Assembly (NCBI RefSeq): GCF_964188315.1
Contig: NC_135659.1
Coordinates: 41,602,001-41,666,000 of the forward strand
Length of the DNA stretch: 64,000 nucleotides
From: Podarcis muralis
Lineage: Eukaryota
Direction: 5' to 3'
Below are positions 34,900-47,053 of this stretch, piece by piece (position 1 is the stretch's first letter; each line of letters begins with the position of its first letter). The notes beneath the pieces were generated by a model. It did no database searches. It saw nothing but the letters and a program-made list of their open reading frames with translations, and was not told the DNA's origin. The position numbers and the translations under genes were made by a program.

Positions 34900-35014
34900 T
34901 TCTGCTGGTGAACTCTGTCTCTGGAGAATAAGAAGGTGCCGGAGCCAAGGATATCTTGTGTAAACTGATAGGGATTACTGCTGAAGACTTTGATTGCTTT
35001 AATTGGTTACGAAA
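34900..35014 (-). CDS. PATJ: PATJ linker exon (FRNQLKQSKSSAVIPISLHKISLAPAPSYSPETEFTSR)
   Basis: Acceptor ccccttttcccttccag, donor A|gtatga; 115 nt, phase 0 to 1; LAPAPSY resembles mammalian LAPASSY (recalled). Confidence 0.8.
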
Positions 35015-38000
35015 CTGGAAGGGAAAAGGGGGGGGGGGGATAAATCAAAGACATTGAACTGTTAAGCCTCCTAAAACCCAAACAAGAAGTTGAAACTACA
35101 GTACAGAGATCTTTTATGTAGATCAGAAGTGGGGAGCGTAAAATAACATCTAACAACTTTAGAAGTAATAATCTACTTACCTCTGATGCTGCAATTTCAA
35201 AAATTTCGGTCAGAGAACATACTACTGAAACATTATTTACCATAAAGTTTAAGAGCTTTGGTAAAATCTTGAAAGTGTTTTACAACAGTTCCATGTTTTC
35301 CATTATTATTTCTGGCTGTTTTACTAGGTCATTTAAAAGCTTGCTATTATAAACTAAATAAAAGTGTACTTTTTCTGAGCTAAAAGAGGTCTGCTACAAG
35401 AGCCCACAACTGTACCTACTGTACCTACAGTACTACCTACTGTGTGGTAGTAAAAGCAACAAAGAGGGGCCATTTCATTGCTTCTATTGCCATGTCTTTC
35501 AACCATTTGCAATGGAGCTTGTCAGGACGGTTCTTAAGTCTTGACACTTATATTGGTGATGGAGCCCAGGACACCCCAGAAACCCTCTGTGATTTGCTTG
35601 CTGGGCATTTTGAGGAAGAAGCTGTTCACCTCTGTAGTGAGCTAGATGCCGTAACTGATGCAGCTCTGAGTCAGATGTGCTTTGTGGTATCAGCTTTGGG
35701 TTTTGCAGCCTGATGACACTGACCAGATGCTTGGGAGTAAGCGCCCAAGGATGTGCCCTCTTCACCCTTGCCTTTCATGGCTCATTAAAGCTAGATGGAA
35801 GGGGCATGAAGGGGCATGAATGGGTGAGCCCAGGGTGTGATAAATGTCTTGCATTTCCCTGAAAGGAAAACTCACCCTGAACTAAATAGCAAACAACTAC
35901 TGTCCAGCTGTAAATATGGCCTTTGGGTGCAAGGTCCTACTCAAGAGGATTGCAGTCATTATTTGGGGACATTTTAATCTGGTTTCAAATCCAGATTTGG
36001 GATTGAATCAGCCTTCGTTACATGGATGGATGAGGGAGAGGGAAAAGGAGCACTATGCTGCAGCTCCTCCTCAACCTCATACCAGCTTTGGAGGGCATCT
36101 TCCTGGACCATCTATGAGAGATTGGGGCCATGGTTCTGCAACAGTTGCAACCTTATCTCCTATTTCACCACCCCCACTCGCTTTTGACCTATGTGGTGCC
36201 ATGGAGCACTGCATTGTCTCCAGTGCTATTTAAGAACTAGATGAAGTCATTGAGAGCTTAGGTGTTTGTAATTTTTTAAAACCTTCTCTTCCATTGTTTG
36301 TTCCTCTCTGTCATTTTTATATTTAAGTTTGTAAATCACCTTGAGAAACTTGTTAAACCAGACGCACATATACATAATAAGAATAATAATAAATTGTTAT
36401 TAATAATAAAATAAATGAGTAAGAAACCATTTGGAGTATAATACATACATTTTCTGTAGGTTGCTCTGCTGTTATCTGCTGGTTCTCTATCACCTGCTTG
36501 TCAAGCTTGGCACCGACATCCTATCAAAAACAACCCCCAAATTAAAGGTTTATCTGTAAGCAAAGACCTGTGCAAAGATACACACTTTCAAGTGTAACCT
36601 GTTTTATCGCAGCCCTCATTCCCTGAAATAAATCGTCCCAAACTGAAATACTCAATTCACAGTTCAATGCACATGTAGACCACATAGATTACTGGTCCGT
36701 GTTAAACGCTCTTCAGGTGAAGCTTAGTATCATATAGAATTAGGAATATATTGCTTACTTTTTCATGTGGCTCATTTAAGATTAGACCTCTCTTACTACA
36801 TTTAAGTCCCCCTGAAGGCCTACCTTGTCATCATTTTCTTAGACAGCAGGCCAAACTGAGAAAAGGCCATTTAGGGTGAGACCAATCAAAATCCAGTTTA
36901 CTGCTTTGGGAACACAGCCAAGTACCCTAACTAGACAGCTACTGTGTCTGTAGGAAAACTACCACAAAATGCTTATAATGCAGATGCCTCAATAAGGACA
37001 AGAATGCACAACTTAAAGAAGATGAACTGCAAAAAATGCTACCTTTAATTCTTCAAACCTAAATATAACTAATTTGTCTGATTAAATGTGATAACCATGT
37101 TTGTGATATTTTCTGTGCTTCTGCAGTTACACCTTTAATAAGTGAATTTTGTTTTTGTCATTCTAAGATATTACCTTTTGCAGAAGAATAACAGAAACAC
37201 CCATTTATCCCTTATGGTTCAGAAAATAAGCTTGTAAAAAATGTTTGGTGAAATATCAGACATTAAAGGAGGCTGAGGTAGACTTCCAACGTTCAAGGGA
37301 TAGCAATTTTGTAGTAGCTTGTGTATAGTAGGCTTTTCTTATTTCACAAAATAAGCAAATTGCACCCATTTTTGAAGCACAACGTGAGACACCATATCAT
37401 AACTTCCAGACTTTGAATACAGTATGCTTATTCAAACAAAAGTCCTGCCAACGAAAGCATCATTTTTCACCTGCTTTTAAAAAATATCATAACAGTGGGA
37501 CAAAGCAGATAAGGTAAAAATTGATGTTTAGTATTATGAGGAATGGCTGAGCTGAAATACTGCAAAGATGCCATGAGGAAAACATCCTTCAAACATTTAT
37601 TTCCCACACACTGCCAGCTGCGTCCTCCAATACTGTATTACACATGATTTTATTTTAAAGAGACAGATTATGCTGCTGAAAAATAAAAACAGAAACACCC
37701 CACTGGATTTGTGTGCTCATCAGTATTTTATTTGTCACAGAAATATTGGGAAATATTAGTATGAATCTCTCCTTTGAAGCCATCAACTTCAGCTGATGCT
37801 TGACAGTAGGGCAGATTCAAGGACACCCACCTTTCAGCTTTAATAGTGATCAAGTTGAAAAAGCCTCCTGCTGAACAGAACATTTGATTACCCTGTATGT
37901 ATAGTGAAGCAAAGTAAGAACACACATCTAAAAACCACACTGGAGCTATCACTCATGCTATTTCCCTGTTAAGTCAACACGGAAGGTTTAAAATCACTTG

Positions 38001-38222
38001 CTTATTGTGCAATGCACCAAAGGTATACCCTTCAAAATGTAACAAAACATTTTCTTGGGTCACTTTTAATACATAACACAGCATTTCTTCTAGTATCATA
38101 TAAACTGTGAATGAAAGCTGCAGTTGCATTTGTCTCTGCATGTACAAGTTCAGGGTCCTTTTGAAGGTGATCGCTTACAATTTAAAGGACCCAAGAACAG
38201 ATGCCTTAGACTAGCAGCAGAC

Positions 38223-38335
38223 CAGGGTGGAGAAACCTTTGGCAACTTCCATCAACCCTGATAATTGGCTATGGTGACTTGGCTGATAGGAGTCAGAGTC
38301 TAACATCTGGAAGGCCATAAGGTTCCCCAAGCCTG
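38223..38335. mobile_element. Small hAT-like MITE related to 58769-58874
   Basis: CAGGGTGGAGAAACCTT...AAGGTTCCCCAAGCCTG ends; shared AACT(T/C)CCATCA core; TSD only 5/8. Confidence 0.45.
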
Positions 38336-41316
38336 CAAGGGACTTTTTCTAATAGCTGCTAGGGATAAATAGATCATTATATTTCTGATCTGTTTCTGCT
38401 TGTCTGTGTTCAGCCCCAAATCCATTCCATCCCAATTCCACATTTCTCTGCAATTAAAACAACAACTGCACAACATTTGTAATTAAGTATGTATGCAATC
38501 AAAACACTTTGTGATAAATGCATCAAAAAAATGTTATCACTGTGTGTGTGTGTGTGTTTCAGCTGAAAACTGTTTCATAAAATTCAGGGAGAGAGAGGTG
38601 CAAATCAGATCAATATTTTTTTGTAGAGTCAAATTCCTCAAGCATTCTATTGTCTTCTTCAAGCCCCTATGAGCATAGAGCTCCTACTACCCACCTATGC
38701 AAAGTCCAAGCTGCACCAGCATGGAGGGAACATTTACTTTCCCAAGCCAACAATGGAAAAGTCCAGCTTCACATAAATTACTGCTTCCCGAAGCCAGACT
38801 TTGTGATCCTTGATTCCATCATATTTTCCCATTATGATTATGGATAAAAGGCTAACATATTATGACAAAAATGTTCAAGATTGGGAACTGATTTTTTAAA
38901 ATTTAATGTTATGTCTGAATATAGCCACTCAGAAGGCAACATTCGAATAGTAATGCAAAATAGGCTGTGTGCAGAGGAAGAAAACAGAAAAACCAGCCTA
39001 CATAGTAAATTTCTAGGCATTTGTACTGTAGCTATTAGCCTAACTCTCATTTCTCGAGTCCCTTTTTGCTGTCAGAGGTAAAACAAATGTAGACCAGAGG
39101 GAAGGTCTTTTCACCCTGGATTTTGATTTTTTTCCAGAGTGGTGAGCAGCTTGACATCCTTTTCTCGTGACAGGTAAAGCTTTTAAAACACAGAAGTCTC
39201 CCAGGCATCGATTTAACTCCAGTTTTACCAGTCTATGGTCAGCTGTGCCGCCATAATTTTAATTGTTTTGTGTCTAATTATTGTTTATAGCTGCTCTATA
39301 AGAGTACTTTTATAAATTTAATGTTAGGATATTTGATATGTTGAGGAAATAAATCCAAAGCATTTTGCTGTACTTTAACCACTTCCATTTGCAGAAAACT
39401 TTAGTATGCAGAAGGTAGCTGAAGACTTGCAACAGTAACCTATTACTAGTCTCAAAAAGGGTTTGTGACAAATTAAACACAGGGGTATGCAGAAATGGCT
39501 TGCTCTCTACTCTCTATAACCTATTCTCCTTTTAGTCTCATCAAGGTATTTAGAGACTGACACGTCAATCAGTTTCTCATACATTGTGTGCCACAGTGCA
39601 AGCAACCAATGTCCTGCTCGAGGGTGGCCTTAAACCCTTTGGATCAAAATCTGTCAAATGGGAAGAGAGCTTGACAGAGAGGTGAAGAAGTCTCCACAGG
39701 CTGCTCCAGCTACGTGGGCAACTGGCACAAACTGGCCTGTGGGGAGGGACAACATTAAATGCATGCTGCAGTTCCCGCTGGATTGCACCTTCCCCCACAG
39801 AGCCATCTACTGTCAACTTACCTGTGGGAAGGATTCCAGAAAAGCAAGGGAGGCAGCCAGAGATAATATCAGGAACCCAGTCCTGTTGCAGCTGGACTGT
39901 TTCCTCCTTTTATGAGGCTATCTACCACCAGCTGCCTACTAGGAATCCTCCTTATAATTTGCTCTATGGTGATACTGCTCATTTCTCACCCCTCCCCTTC
40001 TCAAAATACACATTGGTGTTACTTATAAGCAGCAGTCAAAGGATTTGCAGCCTCAAAAATGGGATATAAATAGCTGTAATAAATACATGAAAGAACACCG
40101 ACATACAAAGGCTTCCTGAAATCTCAAGAATTTTATACTATTCTTTTAAATCATAAATACAAAATACCCATAACTGCATGCCTAGCATGATTGGGTTGTC
40201 TTAAGTTGCTTTGACATAGAAAGCAGTTGAAATATATTGGCATGCTGAGCAGCTGAGGCACTCAAGCATCCATGTAAAAATGTATTTCCTCAGTATTACC
40301 AGAGAACAGATGTGTGCCACTCTTCCTGACTGCCAGGTGGATGAATTCATCTATTTGAAATATTTGTATTTTACTCTTCAGCAAATTTTCTGGGGCAGTT
40401 CACAAAAATGAGATAATAAAGCGAATAAATAAAATATAAACAACAATACCTTAAAAAGACAAATACATTTAAAAGCCTGAGAGTGCACAAGTGCCTGGCA
40501 TTGAAAGGATAGCAATACTGACATCAGCCAGGCCTCTCTGGGCAGGCAGGGAATGCCACAAATAGGGTGCCACCACTGAGGAGGTTCTCACTCTGGTAAC
40601 CAACCACTTCACCTCAGTTGGCAGGAGCACTTGAAGGAAAGCCTCTCAAGATTACCGCATTGGACATGCAGAAGGGCCCGTCAACAGGCCTCTCTCTCTT
40701 CTCTAACATTCTCCACAGGGAATAAACGGCATTATCAAACCACTACTAGGAACTTTATGCTAGATCTCATTAGCAGAGGGGTGTGTGGTGGGGGTTGAGA
40801 TGATGTGAGTTTCAGAACAGCAGAATTCATTTTTTGAATTGAGAATTGAGACTGAATTTATCATCTTGAGAATCTCACAGTTCATTAACTTTTTCAAATG
40901 TCAAGTTTTTAGCTCTAGCAGTTATAGTTATACATTTGAAAATACAAATCTGAGTGAGTGGAAATAAAGAGGGACTTAGCAAGATCTCTAAACAGCTATG
41001 GTCCTCAATGCCATGCATGGTTCTGTGCCAGCTTGACATCAGTTTACCCTCTCTGTCTAATTTACACTCACCAAAAGTATTATGGTTTTGATTGTTTGCC
41101 CCGTCCCAATATGAGAATCCAAGGTTCAATTGTAACACACATATAGGGCACCAAAATTCAATTATAGTTTCTCTGTTCTTTGGGGCTGGTCTGTACAGTG
41201 TGCAAAACTGCACCAATGTCATTTCCTGCTTCTCTTTCCTTTTCAAGTCCCCCCCCCCCTTACTGGAACCTTGACTCTGTAAAGAAATTTGCATATGTCT
41301 TGCAGCGCATGCTTAC

Positions 41317-41409
41317 TAGTTTAGTGTACACATCATCCGTTGAGCTTTTTGTAAGAAATTCCCAACTGGTATCTTCTTCACCACTTGCAGATTCGGTGGT
41401 ACTGTGGTC
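41317..41409 (-). CDS. PATJ: PATJ linker exon (DHSTTESASGEEDTSWEFLTKSSTDDVYTKL)
   Basis: Acceptor ctttttcaccag, donor CTA|gtaagc; 93 nt, phase 0 to 0; position and length fit the divergent linker exon. Confidence 0.8.
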
Positions 41410-41821
41410 CTGGTGAAAAAGTTTTGTTTTTCAATTTAGGAATGTGAATTTCACTTAAGATTTTAACAATAAAACTACAGAATATATTTCTTTGGAGGGA
41501 GACTCAACAAATCAGCCTTGCTTTCATGAACAGTGTTCAACTGGTCATCTGGGCTATAGTCCACAAGGCTTTGGAAACACAAATATCCACATATGACCAT
41601 TCAGATCACTCTTGTTTTCTGTCACTTCAATGCAATCCCAGCCTTGGCTTAGATGGCACATTTCCCACAAAAAGCATGCTGTATAGAGGTTAGGAACCAA
41701 AAAGCAGCAGTAGGAAGAGAATAAGGTACAAAACATTGAGTATTTTGGTTTTTCACTCCTTTGCAGAGAACACACGTACAGTACATTTTCACCAGCACAA
41801 CAGTTAGAAATGTGTCTCAGT

Positions 41822-41883
<62 letters not shown>
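41822..41883 (+). repeat. (AAAG)n microsatellite, about 15 units
   Basis: Read directly. Confidence 0.95.
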
Positions 41884-42022
41884 CTGAGATTCCCGGGAAG
41901 TTTAATAAATCCCAGATCCTGAACATGCATCAAATGAGCCACACTCTGTGCACTCTCAAACTCTTAATAAAACAGCAATGGTTAACTGGCTGTTATGGTT
42001 TAGTTTTCTGCCTGAAGTTCTA

Positions 42023-42087
42023 TTGTTGGTTTTTAAAATATATGTAAGTTTTTACTTGTTGGTTTTTAAAATATATGTAAGTTTTTA
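42023..42087 (+). repeat. 33-bp tandem duplication
   Basis: TTGTTGGTTTTTAAAATATATGTAAGTTTTTA at 42023 and 42056. Confidence 0.9.
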
Positions 42088-43174
42088 AAATTCTGTAAAC
42101 TACCTTGGGAACCAATTTTGGTTGAAAGGCAGCTTATAAATAACAGAAATGAAAAATAACAGGTTTTCAGAAGATGAAATCTTCCATTCAAGTTAACTGG
42201 AAAGTATCCATAGCCTTCAAAGCCAGACTTTCTAGAGTTATCCCTGTGAAATCTGCTCTGCTGCACACACACACACACAGGGCACAGAACACCAGCACAC
42301 CCCACATCTTTAGTAACATTTTAAAAACCGTTGGTGTACTGCAACATGATTAAACTGTGCAACTGCATAATGTTAGGTATTTCACCAAGTCATTACCAGA
42401 ATAATGTTGTTTGGGTATAAAAGACACACAAAGTTGGAAAAAAAAATAGTATGGAGTGAGAAATCACAAAGAAACTAAAGCAGAAGAACTGGATAATAGA
42501 AGGAAATATTTGACTAAATACCAGGGAACATCAATTCAGCGCAAAAAAAAAAAATTAAAAAAAATTCAATCAGGGAAACAGTAATTATCCAGAAAGTGAC
42601 ACACTACTCCTGGGTTATGATAGAAAATCAACTCTATAATAAAAATGAGAACAAGTGTATTTGAAGAGGGCATGGACCAATGTGAAGGAGGAAAATCTTT
42701 TCTCTTATTTATAAAGTAACCATGCATAATCATTGGGCTTGCAAGTCAAAACAAAAGGCAAATAATAGATGCTCATTATCAAACTTCTGGAATTCCATAT
42801 TATGATATTTCACCAATATACATACACTATCTTTTTGGCCTGGCTTCCAAATAAGTTTGGCAGCAATCCCAGGGTTTCCCGACTCTAGAAACCTACTTTC
42901 TCTGTGAGTCAGATACTGTTTTGTTTTCAATGGATGCTGGAAGAAACTGGCCATTGTCCAAAATGGTGGTTTTCCCAAAGGCAACTCAATGAGGTTCAAA
43001 TGTGAAGTTGGCATAAGACCAGATGTAGTTGTATGAAGAGGTCAAAACGTGACCTGCAGTTTGTAGCTTGGGACATTTTCTTGAATTATTTGCTATGTAC
43101 CGAGGTTTTTCCCTGGCTTTCCAGTTGTCTGGATTGCGCTGTGGATGGCGCTATTTGGAGACAGAGGGCTTGTA

Positions 43175-43531
43175 AAGGTAAAGGTAAAGGGACCCCTGAC
43201 CGTTAGGTCCAGTCGCGGATGACTCTGGGGTCGCGGCGCTCATCTCGCTTTACTGGCTGAGGAAGCCGGCGTACAGCTTCTGGGTCATGTGGCCAGCATG
43301 ACTAAGCCGCTTCTGGCGAACCAGAGCAGCGCATGGAAATGCCATTTACCTTCCCACCAGAGCGGTACATATTTATCTACTTGCACTTTGATGTGCTTTC
43401 GAACTGCTAGGTTGGCAGGAGCAGGAAACAAGCAACGGGAGCTCACCCCGTCGCGGGGATTCGAACTGCCAACTTTCTAATTGGCAAGCCCTAGGCTCTG
43501 TGGTTTAACCCACAGCGCCACCCACGTCCCT
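43175..43531 (-). mobile_element. Full-length Sauria SINE
   Basis: Reverse-complement head GGGACGTGGGTGGCGCTGTGG; AAAGGT tail; perfect TSD agagggcttgta at 43163-43174 and 43532-43543. Confidence 0.92.
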
Positions 43532-44089
43532 AGAGGGCTTGTAGGCACATGCAACAGCTGCATTTTCTATGGACATATGCAAGGTCTACCTCTGGATCCA
43601 TGAATCCATGAATTGTTAATATTCATTAAGCCCAGAGGAAAAATTTTCTATTGTTGACGATGGTTGTTACGTTCGGATAGGAATAAGTACAAGTGAAACT
43701 CTTTCCATTGTCCTTGAAAATTCACACTCAATTCTGCACAAGATGAAAAGTTCTACCTGATGCTCTGGCATGCAAGGGAATACCACTGTTGATATTTCTC
43801 TATCTCCAATGTCATGTTGACTCTAACAACGTGATAGAAGGTTCCTGTTTTAATAGATGGCATGATCCATTAAAAGTGATAATTAGACCCTAATTTGGAG
43901 CTGGAGAGTTTGGATTCAAGTGTTTGCCTGGTGACTAATTTACAATTTTTGAGAAAGGTATTGCAGAGAGTAGCAGCCTTTTAACTCCAGACAGTCTTGA
44001 ACGAAACTCATTATTATTTGGATCTGTTTTAGCCTGCCTTCCAACTGAGTTAGGAAAGATATGGCTGTCAACTTGATGGATAACTTACA

Positions 44090-44430
44090 TAGGGGAATGT
44101 ACAGGGGGAGTGCAACCCTGTGAGTTCTCCTGAACCTTTCTGTAGCTTTTGATATCATCAGCCATTGTATCTTGCTGGGCTGCCTAGCTGGAACAGTTTC
44201 TGAAGGCAGTGTTATGGAGGCTTTGGCCCTTTCTGGAGTGCTGGTCTCAGAAGGTATGTGTTCCTAGACTCAATGCCCAGGTGGTATTGATGGACAAGAC
44301 AATTGTTTATGAGGAGCTTCTACAGAATGCAGCTGTGAGAGGACAAAGTAGATGCTTGGAGTCCACAACACCTATACTGTATCATTTGAATTTGCTGTCT
44401 ATTTGTCTCAGGACTTCATATAAAGAGGTT
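44090..44430 (+). mobile_element. Degenerate, internally deleted L2 LINE fragment
   Basis: Decayed LLDLSAAFDTIDH-like DNA at ~44125-44180 followed by a HITPILYHL-like segment at ~44360-44420. Confidence 0.6.
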
Positions 44431-44858
44431 GTGCTGACCTACACAGCGAGCCCCTTTATTCTCATTATGCTCTTTAACACACACATATACATCAACAAGA
44501 CCCAAGGATGTCACTCCAAAAAACACTGAAGGTGCCCCTGTGTGAACTGGAGTGCTCCGTCCTTGGTTTTGGGAGAGAAAAGTGCTTCAGGTATCAGGTT
44601 TTCAGCATAGTTCATCTCTGTGTTTAATGTTTCAAACTTAAATAGAGCTGATTTTACATCACTGAAAAAATGCAAACAGACGTGCACAACAGTGAACCAT
44701 GCCAGTTATTGCATTATGAAGGGAAATTCATGCTCTGTTGGCCTTCTGCTGAATGTTTTTTTGTAGAGTTTAATTAGATGAATGCCATGGTTTATATTAA
44801 TCTGCTAATTATGATTAATTGCTTTCATTTAGGAAACACTAATCAGAAAGTATCTTAC

Positions 44859-44931
44859 CTCAATGGAAGACTGGGAGCTGGAGGGTAATGGGAAAGGAGC
44901 AACAGCCATCTGGTTAAATGCATCATCATTG
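44859..44931 (-). CDS. PATJ: PATJ exon (NDDAFNQMAVAPFPLPSSSQSSIE)
   Basis: Acceptor ctcgcttttcag, donor GAG|gtaaga; 73 nt, phase 2 to 0; resembles mammalian [24 protein letters not shown] (recalled). Confidence 0.92.
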
Positions 44932-45494
44932 CTGAAAAGCGAGCAAAGGAGAGAAGAGAGGGAATCAATACATTAGACAAACTGCAAAAACATCTTCATT
45001 TTCTCTTATTGGTTATTTTAGTTATCTCTTGCGTTTATAATCCTCCTTTAAGGTGGCATACATAGAATTTCAGGGTGGGCTCCCAACTATGCACTGACCA
45101 GATCCAGATCCATTTAGCAAGAGCAAGAAAAATGCACCTTCAGCACAATAAAATACATAGCCCTGTAAAAATGTAAGGCATTTAGATACTGACCAAATAA
45201 TGCATCTGTCTCTTTATTTTGCTTAAAACAAGGGGGCAAGAAGTTTAGCACTAAGAACCACATTGGAAATGCGTTGTAATTTGGAAAGCTTCCATATTTT
45301 AAATTGCATGCAAATAACCCAGCACCACTTATAGCATGATTAGGGCTATTGCCCAGTGGGGCTGGCCAGCATACTGTTTTAACAGGCCTACCTAGAGGCA
45401 CATCAATTTCCTGCTTATGTTTCCTGCCAATGGCTATTTCCAACCGTGCTTTCAATACTGCTCTCTCTTGCAACGTTTACATAGAACGCTATGC

Positions 45495-46500
45495 TCCCAT
45501 CAATTTTCTGTACGGTAATTTTTTATATCAACATCTATTTGCAGCTGTTGGAAGTGCACATTGGAGGGTTTGGAGAGAGGTGTGATCAGTATGCTGATGA
45601 TACCCAACTATCTTTCTCTGTACAACTAAGCCAGTCGAGGCTGTGCAGGTCTTGGACTGGTGATTAGATACAGAGGTGGGTCAAAGGGGGGCCAATAAGT
45701 TGAATATAAATCCTGATAAGGTATAGGTCTGGAAATCGGGGAGGTTTTCTGTTCTGGACAGGTTGCACTCTCGCTGAAGGAACTGGCATGTGACCTGGGA
45801 GTGCCATCAGAGCCATTATCACTGGAGGCTCAAGTGTCCTTTGCAGCAAGAAGTGCCTTTTACCACATTTGGCCTTGCCAAAGTACATAAGAACATAAGA
45901 AGAGCCTGCTGGACCAGGCCCATGGCTCATCATGGCCAACCAGATGCCTATGGGAAGTCAAAAAGCAGGATGTGAGGTCAACAGCAGACACCCCGCTTGT
46001 GATTTCCAGAAGCTCACAGCGAAACAAGAGACCTCAAGACTGGAGGCGCTTTGCGTGGGGCTGTTCTTGAAGAAAGCTTCAGATAGTGCAAAATATGGTG
46101 GTTACACTCTTATATCTGTGGTGTCCTGTCACAAATACGCAATACCAATTCTGAAAGAAAATATACTCTCTATATGTTACCACTTCAAGGTACTCCTATT
46201 GACTTACAAAACCCTATACAATCTGGGGAATAGACACCCGGGAGAATTCCTTATCCTGTTTATACTTGCCTGCTTGTTAAGACCTGCTGGGGAACCCTTC
46301 TTAGCTGAGCTATATGGCAACATGGGAAGAAAGCCTTCTCAGTGGTGGCACCTAGTTTGGAACTCCTTGCCCTCTGAGATATGGATGAGGCCTACTCTTT
46401 AACCTTTCGATTCTTGCTGAAGACATGGGTATTTGGCGGCCTAAAGTACCAGCACTGATATATTTTTTTTATTTGACTGGTTGTAACTATCCACATTGTT
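45495..46500 (+). mobile_element. Degenerate L2 LINE fragment (RT YADD motif to the 3' region), interrupted by a CR1-type 3' end
   Basis: CAGTATGCTGATGATACCCAA (QYADDTQ) at ~45588; FKVLLLTYKTLYNLG in ORF 45932..46402; CATAAGAACATAAGAAGAGCCTGCTGG CR1-type tail on the minus strand at ~45885-46060. Confidence 0.65.
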
Positions 46501-46626
46501 TATAGTACTAGTACGATGCATCTGGATTTGTTTTGATTTGTAAGCCCTTCTGGATTTGTATTTGTAATGAAGAACATATAAAAATATTTTAAATGAAGTA
46601 TACAACTTTGTAAATTAAAAGGATTA

Positions 46627-46844
46627 CTACTGCTGCTGCTGCTACATTTATATCTCATCTTTCCTCGAAGGATCTCAAGGGGGGGTACATAGTTCTCCCC
46701 TCTCCATTTCATCCTCACAACAACTCTGCAAGCTCAGATAGGCTGAGAGACTGTGATGGGCCCAAGGTTGCCTGACTGAGTGAGGGATTTGAACCCTGGT
46801 CTCCCACGTCCTAGTCTGACACTTTAACCACTATACCACACTGG
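46627..46844 (-). mobile_element. Squam3-like tRNA SINE (degenerate)
   Basis: Minus strand CCAGTGTGGTATAGTGGTTAAAGTGTCAGACTAGGACGTGGGAGACCAGGGTTCAAATCCC head, then CTCTCAGCCTA and GTTGTTGTGAGGATGAAATGG body. Confidence 0.7.
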
Positions 46845-46913
46845 ATTGCCATGTTAAGCCACCGCAAGTGGCCTAACAAGGACTGATGCATTTTCTTCAA
46901 ATAACTAGTGATG

Positions 46914-47053
46914 CAGTGCCTTTTTCGGGGGGGGGGGACGCACAGGTACACATACCCTAAAACATTTTGTGAATCTCATGAGGGGCAGTATTTCAATATG
47001 AGTAGGAAAATGAGAGTACCCCTAAACATTTTTTTTTGGGGGGGGAAGCATTG
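46914..47053. mobile_element. 140-bp hAT-type MITE
   Basis: CAGTGCCTTTTT...GAAGCATTG ends; perfect 8-bp TSD tagtgatg at 46906-46913 and 47054-47061. Confidence 0.8.

Noticed and set aside
39138-39173. 36-nt + strand micro-exon candidate (ttttgatttttttccag| ... CAG|gtaaag)
   Set aside because: Such site pairs are expected by chance in 64 kb; there is no partner exon or homology.
44090-46500. A single L2 element apparently split around the PATJ exon 44859-44931
   Set aside because: The left piece already jumps from the RT region to a more 3' HITPIL-like segment at ~44360-44420, so the two pieces are better explained as independent deleted copies.
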